Source of the DNA: Vibrio vulnificus CMCP6 | GTDB lineage: Bacteria; Pseudomonadota; Gammaproteobacteria; Enterobacterales; Vibrionaceae | Direction: 5' to 3' | DNA length: 32,000 nt | Assembly (NCBI RefSeq): GCF_000039765.1 | Contig: NC_004460.2 | Span: forward strand, 1,560,001 to 1,592,000 | Shown here: one piece after another, positions 30,531 through 32,000 of the stretch | Numbering within the stretch: the stretch's first letter is position 1 | Layout: every line of letters begins with the position of its first letter | Program-made: the position numbers and the translations under genes | Notes under the pieces: model-generated | The model's input: only the letters and a program-made list of their open reading frames with translations | Databases searched by the model: none | Told to the model about the DNA's origin: nothing

Positions 30531-31487
30531 ATGATGAAAATAGGGGTAATTGGCGCTGGATCAGTGGGCGTGGGCATTTGTAACTACCTTCTCACGATGG
30601 GAAGCGTCAGTGAGTTGGTGCTATTGGACCAGAACTTAGAGCGGGCGGAAGGGGAAGTGTTTGATTTTCGCCATACAGCGGCGCTGACCTTTTCGAAAAA
30701 CACCCATATTATTCCCACCAAAGATTATCTCGATCTACTCGCGGCCGACATTGTGGTGATCACGGCCGGAGCACAGATCAAACAAGGGCAAACTCGTATT
30801 GATATTGCAGAAATCAACGCCAAAATTGGGGTTGATATTGCGCGCCAAGTGGAGCGAGTTGCACCTAACGCCATCTTAATCGTTGTTTCAAACCCATGTG
30901 ATTTGGTGAGTCATTTTATAGTTAGTAACACGACCTTTAAACCAAGCAAGGTGATCAGTAGTGGTTGTGTGATTGATACTGCACGTCTGATGACCATCGT
31001 TGCCAACCGTGTGCAACTTGATCCCAAAAATGTCTTCGGTTATGTATTGGGGGAACATGGTAGTCACTGTTTCACACCGAAAAGTTTGATTTCTATTGCT
31101 GGACAACCTGCCGATTATTACTGCGATACCAATCATATCAAGCGTATTGATGCTGATGAGTTACTGGAGTCAGTCAAACAAGCGGGTTATGAGATTTTCA
31201 AGCGAAAGCACAACACCACTCATGGCATCTCCGCCAGCGTGTTTCGTATCATCCAAGCCATTATGATCAACGAGAAATCTGTTTTGCCTGTTGGAACCAT
31301 GTTGTCCGGGCAATATGGGCTCGACAATGTGCTCATGAGCTTACCAACGGTAGTGGGTAAGCAAGGTGCAGAAAAAGTCTTGATGCATCCTTTTAGCGAT
31401 GAAGAGCTCTCAACGTTGGCGCGGATTGCGGAGAATGTCACCGCCGTTGTAAATGAAGTGGCTCAAGTGACGGGGTTAAAAGCGTAA
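30531..31487 (+). CDS. NAD-dependent L-2-hydroxyacid dehydrogenase of the LDH/MDH family (L-lactate dehydrogenase-like)
   Basis: 318 aa. GAGSVG Rossmann motif, acidic LLDQN, loop ITAGAQIKQGQTR, VIDTAR (Arg171), GEHG (His195). Confidence 0.85.
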   Translation: MMKIGVIGAGSVGVGICNYLLTMGSVSELVLLDQNLERAEGEVFDFRHTAALTFSKNTHIIPTKDYLDLLAADIVVITAGAQIKQGQTRIDIAEINAKIGVDIARQVERVAPNAILIVVSNPCDLVSHFIVSNTTFKPSKVISSGCVIDTARLMTIVANRVQLDPKNVFGYVLGEHGSHCFTPKSLISIAGQPADYYCDTNHIKRIDADELLESVKQAGYEIFKRKHNTTHGISASVFRIIQAIMINEKSVLPVGTMLSGQYGLDNVLMSLPTVVGKQGAEKVLMHPFSDEELSTLARIAENVTAVVNEVAQVTGLKA

Positions 31488-31500
31488 AGCAACCTATGCA

Positions 31501-31533
31501 AAATCGCCTGATTTATACAGGCGATTTTTGTTT
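31501..31533 (+). terminator. Rho-independent terminator after the LDH-family gene
   Basis: AAATCGCCTG-atttata-CAGGCGATTT followed by TTGTTT. Confidence 0.8.
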
Positions 31534-31720
31534 ATAACCCATGAATTAATCTCAAAAAAAGCCCCCTCGAAGACTCTGGCAACCCACCATCGCGTGATGA
31601 ATAAAACGACAAATCTGTTGACTCGTAACGACAAATTTATTTTTCTTTCAAATCATTAACAATTGCCTAATTATGCGCGTGACCCCCAGCATGGTGCTGG
31701 TACTGTTTGGATTGCAAACT

Positions 31721-32000
31721 ATGAAAATGTTCATCAAAGGATTGGTTCTGAGCGCGCTCTCATTTAGCTCTCTTTCTCAGGCAGAGAATGAAGTGCTAAA
31801 CGTTTATGCTTGGGGAAGTTACTTACCTGAAGCGTCATTAAAGGCTTTCGAAAAACAAGAAGGTGTCACGATTAATTATTCAACTTTTGAAAATAATGAA
31901 TCGATGTACACTAAGCTTAAGTTGCTGAAAGGGACGGGTTACGACGTGGTTTTCGCTTCGGCCTATTTCATTGAAAAAATGGGACGTGAAGGGTTACTGA
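31721..32000 (+). CDS. potD: Spermidine/putrescine ABC transporter periplasmic binding protein, N-terminal part (runs off the window)
   Basis: Absent from the track because it is open-ended. ATG at 31721 gives MKMFIKGLVLSALSFSSLSQAENEVLNVYAWGSYLPEASLKAFEKQEGVTINYSTFENNESMYTKLKLL..., colinear with E. coli PotD (..[42 protein letters not shown]). Confidence 0.8.
   Translation, partial: MKMFIKGLVLSALSFSSLSQAENEVLNVYAWGSYLPEASLKAFEKQEGVTINYSTFENNESMYTKLKLLKGTGYDVVFASAYFIEKMGREGLL

Overview
The 16S/23S/5S sequences and the protein content point to a Vibrionaceae (Vibrio-type) chromosome. The 16S resembles the V. vulnificus / V. harveyi-clade type, but I cannot run a search, so the species is unverified.

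The window reads as ordinary, mostly core chromosome, about 30 genes.
- 1-3266: a lipid A phosphoethanolamine module on the minus strand, made of an OmpR-type response regulator, a histidine kinase, dgkA, and eptA truncated at the window edge.
- 3544-7152: two adjacent oxidoreductase/LysR divergons.
- 7139-11158: small membrane and exported proteins, a DsbA, and an unusually large histidine-decarboxylase-family PLP decarboxylase.
- 11227-13757: ribB behind an FMN riboswitch, divergent from an isochorismatase-family hydrolase and a Cof-type HAD phosphatase.
- 13909-18761: a small TetR regulator, a PgpB-like PAP2 phosphatase, thiD behind a TPP riboswitch, an archaeal-type TrmY-like SPOUT methyltransferase, and a membrane protein.
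- 18864-24815: a complete rrn operon with tandem promoters, boxA elements, 16S, tRNA Glu-Lys-Ala-Val, 23S, 5S, tRNA-Ser and a terminator.
- 25070-32000: yibL, an AraC regulator divergent from a SET-type sugar efflux MFS, an orphan substrate-binding protein, an L,D-transpeptidase, a DMT transporter, an LDH-family dehydrogenase, and the start of potD.

I found no CRISPR array, transposase, integrase, prophage or recognisable defence system, and no convincing novel multi-gene system.

The items most worth a second look:
- the expanded orphan decarboxylase (9254-11158);
- a candidate small RNA and mini-ORF in the convergent gap at 15028-15362;
- the TrmY-like enzyme, which is in a bacterial host;
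- the LDH-family enzyme, which has Ile at the substrate-specificity position;
- a few departures from near-universal rRNA/tRNA consensus bases.

All calls rest on motif recognition and remembered family sequences, not on database searches.
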